Of a stretch of 59,642 nt of DNA, positions 38,801 through 51,044 are shown piece after piece. The stretch covers positions 91,006,465 through 91,066,106 of the forward strand of contig JARDVH010000042.1 in the NCBI GenBank assembly GCA_030324005.1, given 5' to 3'. A model generated the notes under the pieces. That model was not told the DNA's origin. It did no database searches and saw only the letters and a list, made by a program, of their open reading frames with translations. The DNA is from Negaprion brevirostris (taxonomy: Eukaryota). The first letter of the stretch is position 1, and every line of letters begins with the position of its first letter. The position numbers and the translations under genes were made by a program.

Positions 38801-41800
38801 ATACTGCTAAATTCTCGAGGTGGGCCTCTTTATTAAAGGGAAGTCATTCACATGTTCAAAATGAATTTAATTTTTCATTTGAATAATTTTAAACAATAAT
38901 TTTCATCCACAGAAAATCCTTTGGTTTTTTGAATATATAAATAAATCCTTCACTTTTGCGCTAACTTAAAGGAGCTATATAACATCCTAGTGTCCGACTT
39001 TAGTGCAAATACTATTTTTAAATGCATTAACCACTGAATGATATCAGTTTGTTCGAAAGTGCATTACAATACAGCAAAATTAAGACATTGTTCGAATTTT
39101 ATTTCTAAACAGTTGCCGGGAAAGACTAAATACAAAGCTGTTGTAGGGACGGGTCGATTTGTATATCAGTGCAGATTAACTATACATAAAGGATCGAGGA
39201 GTTTTTTTTAGAAAAACATGATTTTAGGAGTGGTCAGCTGCAACATTAACTAATCATGAAGTCAGAGACTGATCACCTTTTACACAACTAACAGGTGTCA
39301 AATGTTCACAACTTGCTAACCATTAAATTTGATGTTACATTTTATTTAGCTTTACTGTGGAGGAAAGTTGTGGATTAAATAATATGATAAATGTTTGACA
39401 ATAATTGAGGTTAAATACTTAGCGTGTGAGGGGAAACGTTAACATTTCAATCCAGTCGATATTGAAATGATGAAAGACAAAATCAACCCACTACGATTTC
39501 ATCCTTCAACTAACGTGTTGGTAATGTGAAAGAATCTCAGTGGTCATTTACATAGGTTGAAATGTAATCGTGGCCAAACCTACTGTAAAGGGTAAGTCTC
39601 ATTTCGTCCCATTTACATTGCTAAATCTCCACCTGCTATTGTGGACCATCCTGGTGCTGAAAACTAAATTTTCTATTCGACTTCAAAGTGCTTGCACGCA
39701 TTTATACAAGGGCATTTGCGTGCACACACACGCGTTTAGGGGGTTGACTTCATGCTGTATTTGCAAAGGAACTACCTATAAATTTCCACGAACAATCGTG
39801 TTTTAATCAATAACACAATAAACCTCCATGACATTTTATTTAACACTGGGTGAGTATATGTATTAAATTCAACAATTAAAATAGACAATCACAATAACAC
39901 AACAGAGATAGCGTACTATTCAATTACGTAACTTGAGAATAGCTCGCTTCCCACAATCATGGAAACAAATCGACCCGCTGATTTATCCCGACAATTAGTA
40001 AAGAGTTGGAAACAAGTTTTAAAAGTTAAATTTGCCAAAAATAACAAATCAAAAACGCAATCGAATATCCAAGTCAGAATTTAATTTGAATTCCAAATGC
40101 TACGAAAACAATGGTATATTTTTGACACACAATACGTCTATCTATATTGAAAAATCCACAGATATTGTCTGAATTGTATAAGAATATAACAATATTAATG
40201 CAACAGAAATAAAATGTCACTATCAATTTCCATGGATAATCGTGTTTTAATAACACAATAAACTTCCACTTTTTAGTCCTTGTTTTTGCTGATCTGTGAC
40301 CTGTTTGATCAATTACTTATTAACTCATTGCAAAAAAACTTGGGATAATATTTTAATAAAGGAGAATCCAAATCCGAATTGTATTATTCCAACGCAATTA
40401 TAAGAAATATTAACGGGAGAGGGGTTTGGTCAGAAGGCTGATTTTCAAGGATGTCTAATTGGAATTGTTAGGGTTGGGAATTTTTGAAGCTGCGTGTTGC
40501 TGAATTGAGAACAAGTGATAGCTGGGTGCACTTTTAAAATGTGAATAAAATGCCTTTACTGAGGCATTGACAACAAGAACCCAGGAACTGCAAACCTGCT
40601 GGCACAATTCAGCGTCTTTCCCTTGATCTGGCCCAGCGTTTCCGAGCCTAGATTTTGAAGAAATTTCAATCCTCTGATACCGCCCTCCCCCAATTTCAGA
40701 GCTTTCTCGGAACCCGCTGTTTACAGTTATCACCTGCGGATGTGCCTAAATGATTTCTAAGTTTCGAATTTGTTTTCACATCAGCAAGCTCGCCGTTTCC
40801 TGTCTAGGAGTTTTCTGACGAGCGAGATAACGCGTTACCTCTCGGGGTGAAATACTGTGACAGTCGATGATAGTTTGAACTTCTCTAAAGTTATACCTTT
40901 GGAAGGACTAAATAATCCTTCTCTACCTATGGATATAAACTTGTCAAATGAAATAATTATTTCTAGAGAGAAGTGAAATGCAGTCTTCAAATTCTTCCAA
41001 CTAGCCCACAATAGAATTTGGAATTAGATGAGATTTAAACTTGCCCGCTAAGGCAGTGCTCTATAAAAAGTACCTATTCATTTTTTGACACTTACACCCC
41101 GGAGGTGTTTACTGTCATACTGTAAACTTTTCATGTTAGGACGCTGCAAAGATCTGCTCACAGCGGCCCACACCTCTCCGCATCTGTGGTGTCCTCATAC
41201 TGCAAGCTAGTAATGGTGACATATCTGTCTCCAAGTACAGTGGGAAATATTGTCTGTAAAATTCTACATGATAGAAAAACAAGTAACCAAGCCTTGCCTT
41301 TCCTGTCACAATGCCCTTGGTGATGGCCCCGAGCAGAGAAAGAGGCAGCCCTTCACTTTCTGATTCGTGCTCATGTCCTTTGGCCAACCTGTGCAGAGTG
41401 GGGAGGGGGCAGGAAACAGGATCATCTCACGGGACTAACCTTAGGTCAGGCCCAAGCCTCCATCCATAGAGTCAGAATGCGCCAGATCCACCGGGAGGGT
41501 CTCCCTGCTTCCTACTGTCTTGTCCTTCCCCCTCCCCACACCAGCCCCCCCCCCACCCCGCCCCGCCCCGCAATATATTGATNNNNNCCAGCATGGTACC
41601 AATAGGTAACACAAGTGTCCCGCGATCTGTGGGCAACTTTGTAATTGATGGGGGAACTAAACCATACAAAAGTATGATTTAGTCTTACTTCTTATTTGTA
41701 TCTTTCAATTGAAATAGATTGTGTGAGAGCATTATTGGAGACCTCTTTCCCAAGACACATTGCAATAGAACATAGAACATTACAGCGCAGAACAGGCCCT

Positions 41801-42729
41801 TCGGCCTGTTGCAATGATACAGGTTTAGAATACTGTAGAAATTCCTTGTCGTTCTACTGGTCCATTTTACAATATTTCTGAGCAGATTACCTCGTCATAA
41901 AAGGCAAGGTCAAAATTTTTCTTTGAACATTATTGACTTATTTACATGTTGGAAAATATTTAACCATTAAAGAATGTCTAAAAATGCCGTTTCGTTCATC
42001 GAACTAATTCCCATTTTCATGCTGTGTTTAAACAATCTGCTTAAAGTGACCTATTAAATGTAATGAACACGTTTGAGTCCAAGCTACAATAATCATTAAT
42101 TGGGAACGTTAATTAACTGAATTCTAATCTTTCCTTTCCGATGTATAAACATCTCGAACAATAAACCTCGGATGTTGGATCATTGTGGGGAGTCGTGCTA
42201 ACAGCCGAAGGATCATTTCGCCTCTTCATTGCCAATCACAACGTCAACAGAAGAGAAAGTTACTCTCTGACCCCAATCTGCCTTTTTTTTTAAATTACCC
42301 GCTCTAATACAATATCTAATTCACACCAAAGACGATCAGAGAACTTTCACAAAACTTAATTTAACGAAAAATGCCTAATTTCGATTGAAACCCTGGCGAA
42401 CAAGTTTGGAATATTGATTCTGAGGACGCGCCAGAGGGGGCTGGCAAAAAGGCGGAGGTCGCACTAAATCCAGGTGTACACAGAAATCTGCGGGGGGGGG
42501 GATGCGTTTAACCCGGATTACGGTCCGGGTTTTGCGGGAAGATGGTGGCGGCGAATACTCACCGCAAAGGATAGAAGGAGTAGGCAGAAAGCACAGCCTG
42601 GACACTCAACTGTAGAAACATTCTGGTCTATAAATATATGAGCTTGGGGCTTGGGATTAGATTTGTTCCTGAAAGGTCAGTGCACAAATCACGTGTTAAG
42701 ATATCTGCTTTTGGGAAGTTAGGTTTGTA

Positions 42730-43035
42730 TTCATTCTCATGATGTGGGTGTTGCTGACAAGGCTCATCCATAACAACACAGTGACTTGTTCGACCACTTC
42801 ACACCGCAGTTAAGAATCAGCCATTTTGGTGTGGGACTGGAGTCATACGGGTAAGGATGTTAGCTTTCCTCCTTTCGACAATATTAGCAAACCAGTTGGG
42901 GTTTTACGACAATCCAACAACTTTTTGACTAACTTTTACTGATACTTTCATTTTTAGATTTTATTTAAAACTGGACTGAAACGTGTTGGATTATTTCTCC
43001 AGACATCTGTAATTAGTTTAGCCACTACACTACCT
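42730..43035 (-). mobile_element. SINE-like repeat, same family as 3310-3640
   Basis: Shared segments (taaggatg..tttc.tcc, gggttttacgacaatc). Confidence 0.5.
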
Positions 43036-43479
43036 ATGTCCGCCTATAAACACATGGTAATTCTTAAAGCTCACAATTAAAGGGTATAGGTTTACTGCGC
43101 CTAAAGCGAAAAATGTTTCATTATGGTTTGGATCTACAAAGGTATAACTGAGAACACAGACCCATTTTTGTTTCTAAAGGTGTAGTATAAAGCCAAACCT
43201 GAGTTCGGCAGAGAGAACTGTCTTGCTTTAACGAATAGATAAAACAATTTCAGTCTCCTTGCATCTTAACTTTCTTCCAATGACAGCTTGGTGCAACCGC
43301 ATTGCCAGATTAGCAATGAAATCAAAAGAATCCTCGCCCGCATTAATACTATCACATTGGGAAGTAGAGTCAGTTGGACATAGTGCCAAAGAATAGCAGA
43401 ACTCAGGAGCCAGATCGACTATCTGACTCCCAAAAAAGTGCTAAAGTGACTCAAAAAGCAAAACAATTTAAAAGTTGCA

Positions 43480-44025
43480 AAGAAAGCAGAAAATGCTGGA
43501 AACGCTTAGCCGGTCTGGCAGCATCTGTGGAGAAAGAAAGAGAATTTATGTTTCAGGTCGATAACCGTTCCTCAGACAGAAACAGAAAATGCTGTAAAAT
43601 CTCAGCAGGTCTGACAGCATCTGTGGAGAGAGAATAGAGTCAACGCTCAAAACATTGGCTCTGTTCTCTCTCTAGCGATGCTGTCAGACCAGTTGTGATT
43701 GTCCAGGATTTTCAGTTTCAGATTCCCAGTATTTTGCTTTGACTTTCCTTAGAAAGGGCAAACGTAAACCGTTTTCAACAAGTGAAAATGGCGGAGCTGA
43801 GGGTGGGGTGGGATCGTTAAGAAAAAGAACCAAAGGAAAGGTCTGCGATAGTGTGGACAGCGGGGGAGGTTAAATGGCAAAAGGATAATGTGGCAAGGTC
43901 GAAGGGAGTGAAGACTGACTGAAGAAACAAAAGGTGTGTCTAACTAGCACAATCATAAAGCGCTGAAAGGTCAACTTTGTTTCTCTCTCCACAGATGCTG
44001 CCTGACCTGCTGAACGATTCCCGCA
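43480..44025. mobile_element. Penelope-associated repeat cluster (direct and inverted copies)
   Basis: Two tandem copies of cagaaaatgctg..gcagcatctgtggaga, plus inverted copies at about 43660-43740 and 43975-44025. Confidence 0.55.
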
Positions 44026-44139
44026 CTATATAACATTATGTAAGATGTACTGCACAGGAACAGGCCATTCGGCCATACAGGTGAATAGGCTCCACTCGAG
44101 TCTTCTCTTAACGAAATCTACCATGGAAACCATGGTCGG

Positions 44140-44450
44140 CAGTGTGGCGGCACAGTGGTTAGCACTGCAGCCTCACAGCCCCAGGTTCGAGTCCTCATTC
44201 GTGCCCTGGCTCCGGTCATTGTCTGTGCAGAGTCTGCACGTCCCCTCCATGTCTGCCTGGGTTTCCTCCGGTGCTCCGGTTTCATCCCACAGACTAAAAG
44301 ATGTGTTGGCTAGGTGCGTTGACCATGTTAAATTGTCCCTCAATGTACTCGAACAGGCGCCTGAGTGTGACAACTAGGGGATTTTCAGAGTAATTTCATT
44401 GCAGTGTTAATGTAAACCTACTTGTGACTAATAAATGAACTTTAAAAAAC
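44140..44450 (+). mobile_element. V-SINE with an alternative tail, inserted in an inverted CR1 3' fragment (about 44045-44780)
   Basis: Same head and core as the HE1-like copies, but the tail is cattgcagtgttaatgtaaacctacttgtgactaataaa. Confidence 0.75.
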
Positions 44451-47400
44451 TTTAAATCTATTTTTTCCCTTTTCTCTCACTGGTTTCTTCGTGTTTCCCT
44501 GAAATGCATCTATGCTATTCGCCCCATCCACTTTCTGGCAGCAAGTTCCGCCTTCTCATCATTCTTTGGTAAAGAGGGTTTTTTTTTTCTGAATTCCCAT
44601 TGGATTTCTTGGTGACTACCTTATATCAATGTCCTCTAGTTATGCTCTTCCATACAGTGGACATATTCTCTCTGTATCCACCCCACTAAACCTTTCATCA
44701 TTTTAAGTACCGTTCTGTTCGATCACTCCTCAGCCTGCTTTTTTCTTGAGAGCAGAGATCTGGCCATTTTCTTGATATGTTAAACACATGCATTTCTTCT
44801 GAGGATTTGTGAGACCCACTCAAGATTAGGCACAGAGGAAGTATTGCTTCAGCTCAATAGCAAGCCACATTTTCAAAGTGCTTGCGGCCAGTTGAAGTCA
44901 TTGTTAACTTCGCAAACGTATCGTTGGTTTTAACGTAGTCATTCTCCCGTGGGCTCACATGGTAATAAGATGAGCTCTCTGTGAAACTCATGTGTGTGTC
45001 CAAAAAGCCCTTACACCACCTTTGTCCCTAAACTCACCACCAGCTGCAATGTAACTAAGGTCGATAATATGGAAATTGTACTCTTAAACACGCTGGTCTG
45101 ACAACACCCCTGCATCTTCAAATTATAATACAAGCTGTATAAACAAAATTTCTCTCTGCGATGCTGTGGAAACTTGTTTAAATGCACTCTGCTCACACAA
45201 GGAAACTGCAGCCCCTCTCTCCTCTGAACCTGTTTCAGTACAAGTGCACCCTTAGCAGTGACTATCCCGCAGAATGTGAGGGGTGGTTCTTGCGCCACTT
45301 CCGCTTCCAGTTTGGATCGTGGATCGAACGCATCCTCTCGAATTTTCCTTGAAAGTCTCAGGCGATCGCCCACAATGGAGGGAGGGAACCGCAGACCGAG
45401 ATCATTGTGAAGATTACAGCTTTTGTGTGGAGCTGTACATTGAAAGCTTCGACAGAGGGCACTAACTCTCGCGAACTATTGCTCGCCACTTGTCCTCCAG
45501 CTCCACTTCCTACTTTTTATTTCTTCGGACACTTCCCGCTATTCCTCAAGTCCATTTTTCGGGCGTTTTTCTCAAATTTCCATTCACCTATTGCTTCCGT
45601 GATTTCGTATTTCTCAATATATTGATGTCCGTATCTCTAATAGTTGAATTTAATAAATTTGTTTTTTTAACTTTTTAATGGATTGCTCGGCCGCATTAGT
45701 GCCCTGGGGGTGAATTTTTAACCCCTAACTAAGCAAAATTAATCCCTTTTTGCACTACTAAACTGTTCAAAGATTAGTGATGGCAACATTCGGATTAAAC
45801 AGTTATGGTTTACTGTCAACTAACTAGAGTCACAATAATTTTGAAATAATTTACGTCTACGAAAAGTTTGAAATCAAATGAATGGGGCAAATAATAGTCA
45901 AATGTAAATTCTGTGCAGAAGCAAAATGTTAAATTTTAGTTATTAGCATTGCTAAATGCATTATTTACAGAAGCGACCACAAACGCAAACTACTAGGTTT
46001 TAACTGTGATGTCTATTGACAGCACCTAACTGAAACAATGCTGGAACCAAACTAAAAGCACGGAGTATTTCAGCAGTGCAATTCCCAGGTGGGTTGTGAG
46101 TCTCACTGTCCAATATAACTAATACAGTCCAATCAGCATGTTCTTTTCCTTCCTGCAACTCTCTTTAAATGAAACATAGTCTGTAAAATTAATCGAGAGA
46201 CTTTATTTTCATTGAAAGAATCCCAGCGTCAAAGGGTGTGTGTATGTATGGGGGGGAAGGGATGCTGCCGGTAAAATGCACCTAGAAATAAAAAGCTGTG
46301 GTAATCAGATATGGCTGGCAATCCTAGAACTCGGGTCCAAGTTTGGAATGTGCCCATGAACGATGATTGCGTTGCAACGGAATCAGCATTAAACAGTAAT
46401 TCTCCCAGCTTTACCCGTGTAAACGACAAAAGTCGTTTTGCAAGTGACTGGTTGTTCTGGTCTGGCAGTGCGATTTGGCCCTAGTAGTCCTGTAATTCAC
46501 TCAGATCTACACGGGAAACACGATGAGAAGGATGGGTTGTATCAATCACCAATGTGTAACTTTGCACGCCGCTGTAATCACCGCACTGTATGGCTCTGAT
46601 ATCAGATCTCTGATCTACTGTGATGTCAGTCACCTACTAGTTACAATATTTCAAATTGGGCTTCAGTGGAACAGATACAGAGGATGAATTATGGAAAGAA
46701 TTGTGACGGAAGATAATACATCTATCGATTCTCCTTGTATAATACACAGCGTACTTCTAAAGGTCTGGCTTACTCTTGTGTTTTCCTGTAGTCTGACAGG
46801 TGACTGACACTTGTGACCTGGCAAATCTAATCTTTCTACATCATGAAACATATAAGGCCATTGATTTAAGTGTGACATTTCAGAAATTATCCGTGAATGT
46901 GAAGGTGGGGGAAATGCGATCGTCGTCGTCAGGAAGACCGAGAGAGGCTGTGCCCTGCTGGAATGCCCAACTCTAAACATAACAGTGCCTTCCACTTCCT
47001 TCTCTCACTTCCCTTCACCACAGTTTATACTGTCTTAATCTAAAATAATATAGAACAATTTCTGATTTGCGCCATAATTTCCACTTGAAGGAAAGTGCTC
47101 TGCTTCCTGCGTTCCTCCCCTCGCCCTACTTGACTGCTTTAAGTCTTGCAGGTGCAGAAAGTAAAATCGCACTCTTCGGTGGGGTGAGGGGAAGGTCAGG
47201 ACGTTCCTATCTTCAGTAATTGCTGAAGTTTCTTTTCTAGCGTTTAGGCAGCCTCTTGCGCTTAAAATGAATTTTCTCCTCACAGCCTCTGGAGAACATT
47301 CCTGCTGCAAGTTTTTTGAACCGGAAACGTGGCAGTCGGCATCCCAGTGAATCTAGTCTGACAGAGATGTGAGCTCTGTGTCTCCCCACCCGCCCACTAT

Positions 47401-50400
47401 CCTTCTAATAGGAATTGATCTCCAATGGGTCTTGTGGGGCTCTCAATCACACAGCAACATGTATTTAAAATGTATCATTATAAAAGTAGACTATCTCCAT
47501 TCAGTGAAAAGGCATTTTGCACTGTTAAGTGAAGCTTTCAAAAGTTGCTCCTTAGGCTTAGATTTTGGGCTTTATTTTTCAAAAATGTCCTGAAAGTTTT
47601 AAGACCAGAATGCACCAATGGAATGCAGTAAATGTGAATTTTAACTGTGCTAAATTGCTTTCGAGTGTTTTTTTTGACCCAGGAAGCGTAGTTCCCTTGA
47701 AAGCCTGCACTGTTCAAACTGTGTGTGTATAAATAGTGCGTGGCACAGAGTGGGGAAGGTTTATTTAACATGAATATACGGGCAGACAATGTAAAGTTCA
47801 TCACCAGAAGGCCAGCTAATTAACAAAGAGGCAGCACTTTAAAACAGGTCCCACCATACCCAACAAGCGTGGCTCGCACGTGCTGATACAAAGGATTTCG
47901 ACACTGTCATCTGTCAGCTCGGAAGCTGAAAGTAAACAATGATATAGATTATTTCACGGGTCACAGACAGGAAAAGCAGTTAATGTCCCAGAATGGCACA
48001 AATTCATTCTAGTGTCAAGCTCGGCAACTGGAGCCCTTTATGATCAATAACTGGGCAGGATCCTTTCGCAAGCTGAACTGGGGAAGGGTGGAGGGGTCAG
48101 TTAATCTGTCAGGGACTGAAGGGCACAGGAACCCACTCTTTGTTTCCAGTGATTCCACGTGAATTATGTGACGGATTTCAAATTAATACGCTGAAGAATA
48201 CTTGAGGCCAAATGCGGCCTGTTTTTTTTAACTAAACCTATTCGAGATCCTATTCGTTTTCTTGTTTCTTTCATTTTTAACACGCTGCCATTGAAAGGAA
48301 CAGCAAAGGGCCCTGGTTAAAGAGAGCGTGGTGAATGGAACCGGATTGCAGACGGCTCTGTGTTATTCTAAATAGCAGGAGAGGTAATGGGCAAAACCTG
48401 GATCCACAAAATACATTCTTTTGCCGAGTCGTGTAGTTATTAAGCGCTCTGCTTTTGGAAGCTGGGAGTTGCGTTTCATTGAATGACTTATTTCTTGCGA
48501 TGTGAACCATTACCCATAACCGGGTTTGATTTGTTATTTTATCAGAGCCGTGCGGAAGTGGTGGAGATCCTGAGTACAGAACTGGACACGTTAAACACAG
48601 GCCGGCGACCTGAACCATCACTGTCTGTCCAACTGGTATTGGCGAACAGGCTGCTGGGCAAACCTGTTGAATTAATTTCAGATAAGAAAATAGCAATGTC
48701 TTACAATCCCTAGAAAATCAGATGGCATTTCGCACGGCAAGACATCCCCGATATTCACCGTTCACCCTGTAACCATCGCCCACCCCCCCAATCACTGCTC
48801 TCAAAAGCAAGGTCTCAGTGTCTGGTTCCACCATGTTGGGTGAATCACGGCGATTGAGGTCCTACAGTTTGAGAAATGAGCAAAAATAGTGCTGTTTATA
48901 ATCAGCGGATACGCACGTATTGTGAAATGCAGGAAGGTATAAGACAACACGGAGCCACATTTCACACTGTAAAGCACAGGAGGAAGATACTTCTCAGTCC
49001 CTACACCATGTCAAGATACCAGAGATCAAAAAGAACTTTGAAACCGCTCCTTTCAAATCAGGGGTTCGCCACCTTTGCCTTCCTAATCTGAAATATGGGC
49101 AAAATCGAACAAAGTCGTGCGGATTCATTGGAAGGATTGCCTGAGTTTTGAGTTGACGTACTGAGTGCAGAAGAGTTAAGGAGCGTGTCTTGCCGCTGAA
49201 GGTTCAGTACGCGTGGCCATTATCACCGGCAAACCCAATCGGAGACATTTTATTTGCAGTTATAAAGTACATGCCCTCAGCCCTCGATTGAAATTCACTG
49301 GGTATTCACAAGTAAATGTGTAAAAAATTATTTTAATGTGATGAAATGCATTGTTCAATTATTTTTGTCAGAATTAGTCAAACAGCGGGTGTTCGAGAAT
49401 CGGGACAAAAATCCAAAAGAGATTTTAACTTCATTCCATTCGACTTTAGCGGCACCTGTCCCGCACTAAAAGACAGTAAAACAGTCAAAGGTTCAGAACA
49501 GCTGCTGCCGCAGATCCCCAAAGCCGATGTCGGTAGGGTCATTTTACTGTTTCGCTTTTCTTTACTTTTTGAAGTTTGAAATCAATGTTTATCAACAAAG
49601 TGAACGGTGTGGGTTAACTTATGTTTATTATTGAGGCCTCCGTACGCTCGTTTCACCTTTGGCGTTCATGTTAAAGCAGTTACTGGAGAGGGTTATTTGA
49701 AAACAGTTCGGGTGGTGGGAGAGGGGGAGATTTTCATCAACAAGTCAATCACAAACATTTTGTATTAATCTCCGAACCAGAAACCAAAATATGGAGTGCC
49801 CGGCATCGCCCACATCTGCAGCGCGTCTATCGAACCATCTAGACACTTAAAAACAAACGATATGCAAAAAGCAAAGCAAACACTTAGGTGACACCGAATC
49901 CAGCCACTGTACATATTTTAATTCTGCAAAACTGCAAACAAAAAAACCCTGGAAGCAATCCCGATCAACTCACACACACCCACAGGCAAGCAGGAGCGAT
50001 GATCAACCTCACCCCTTCGCACATGAAAGCAGAGGTTTGCGGCGAACTGTTTTTTTTTGTCACCCCCTCCCCCAGCTGCAGATCTCACTTCAACAGTTTC
50101 GCCTTGCGCAGATTGATGACAACCATCACTTTGTAAATATTAAGTGGAAACCAAACGACTTTGAACTTAAACATGAACTAAACGTGTGTTTTAAATTATT
50201 TAAACTGTTGAACCTCAGCAACGATCATTGATTATCTTATCGATCTTAAGTGATCGCTGGAGGGGGCTTTACTACAATCCGAATTTGCCGCAACGCGTGA
50301 AAAAGTTATCACGCTCAGTTCTGACGGGGAAACAACTCTAAAAATCAGCACCAAGATGTCTTCCCCTAACCTGCTCATTTCAGACAAACAGCACAAGTGC

Positions 50401-50700
50401 CCATATTCACGCCCGGAGATACATCTACCCTTTGTTTATGCTTAGCGTTTATTTTAAGTTTTCAAAGTTCACTAAATTCGCTTCAAATATTCCCCAGGAC
50501 TTGAACGCTCATTGAACCCCGCTTGATCATTTAAAATTCCTTTGTTTTTTAAAGCAAGTGTCTGAACATTTCCTATGCATTTTTATAGAATGAATGATGT
50601 TTCTGTACTGTTAAGTATGAGGCTGTCACCAATGCAGTCGCTTCATGCTTTCTAATTATTTATATATTTTTCTTCTTCACAGAAACGTTTTTAAACCTAC

Positions 50701-50740
50701 CTGATCGGACACTCCTGAGCGCGCTGCCGTTTTTTTCCAT
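50701..50740 (-). CDS. PAX5: Pax5 alternative first coding exon, exon 1A-like (MEKNGSALRSVRS + G, phase 1)
   Basis: The minus strand reads ATG GAA AAA AAC GGC AGC GCG CTC AGG AGT GTC CGA TCA G followed by a strong donor gtaggt. It is 40 nt (13 codons + 1), the phase needed to join exon 2 (G|GG = Gly, then HGGVNQ). The peptide resembles mammalian exon 1A MDLEKNYPTPRTSRT-G (EKN, R..R.G), and the upstream leader resembles the mammalian 1A 5'UTR as I recall it. Confidence 0.85.
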
Positions 50741-50895
50741 ACTGGTTCTGGGATTTCGAGTCCTTTGTGAAGAGATTGGAAGAAAAGTTTCCCCCTTTTC
50801 GGTGTGTGTGCGTGTTTTGTCGGCTTCGAATAATTTGACTCTTCCGNNNNNNNNNNNNNTCTTTGGTGCTGCCCATTGATCCGAAACTAAACGTT

Positions 50896-50970
50896 TTAGG
50901 TGGAGAAAAGGCTCTGAACAAACCGTGAAATGATTAAGGAACTAAAAGAGCTCGCTACATGTGAGATCAT
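50896..50970 (-). other. Upstream ORF, 24 aa (MISHVASSFSSLIISRFVQSLFST)
   Basis: ATG at 50970-50968 in gacATGa context, open to TAA at 50898-50896. A nested out-of-frame ATG TAG sits at 50960-50955. Confidence 0.55.
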
Positions 50971-51032
50971 GTCCTGTTCGCCTTTAGAGAGAGAGAAAAA
51001 AATCGCCAAGTCCCCCTGCAACACAGCGAAAA

Positions 51033-51044
51033 GAAAGTGAAACT
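51033..51044 (+). promoter_or_regulatory. ISRE / IRF / PRDM1-type motif GAAAGTGAAACT
   Basis: Exact GAAANNGAAACT match about 60 bp upstream of the 1A uORF. Confidence 0.5.

Noticed and set aside
39641-39661. Second RE1-like motif TTCAGCACCAGGATGG on the minus strand
   Set aside because: Only the left half-site is good; the spacer and right half are non-canonical.
42426-42445. CTCF-like GCGCCAGAGGGGGC
   Set aside because: It mismatches core positions in either register and cannot be supported without a PWM score.
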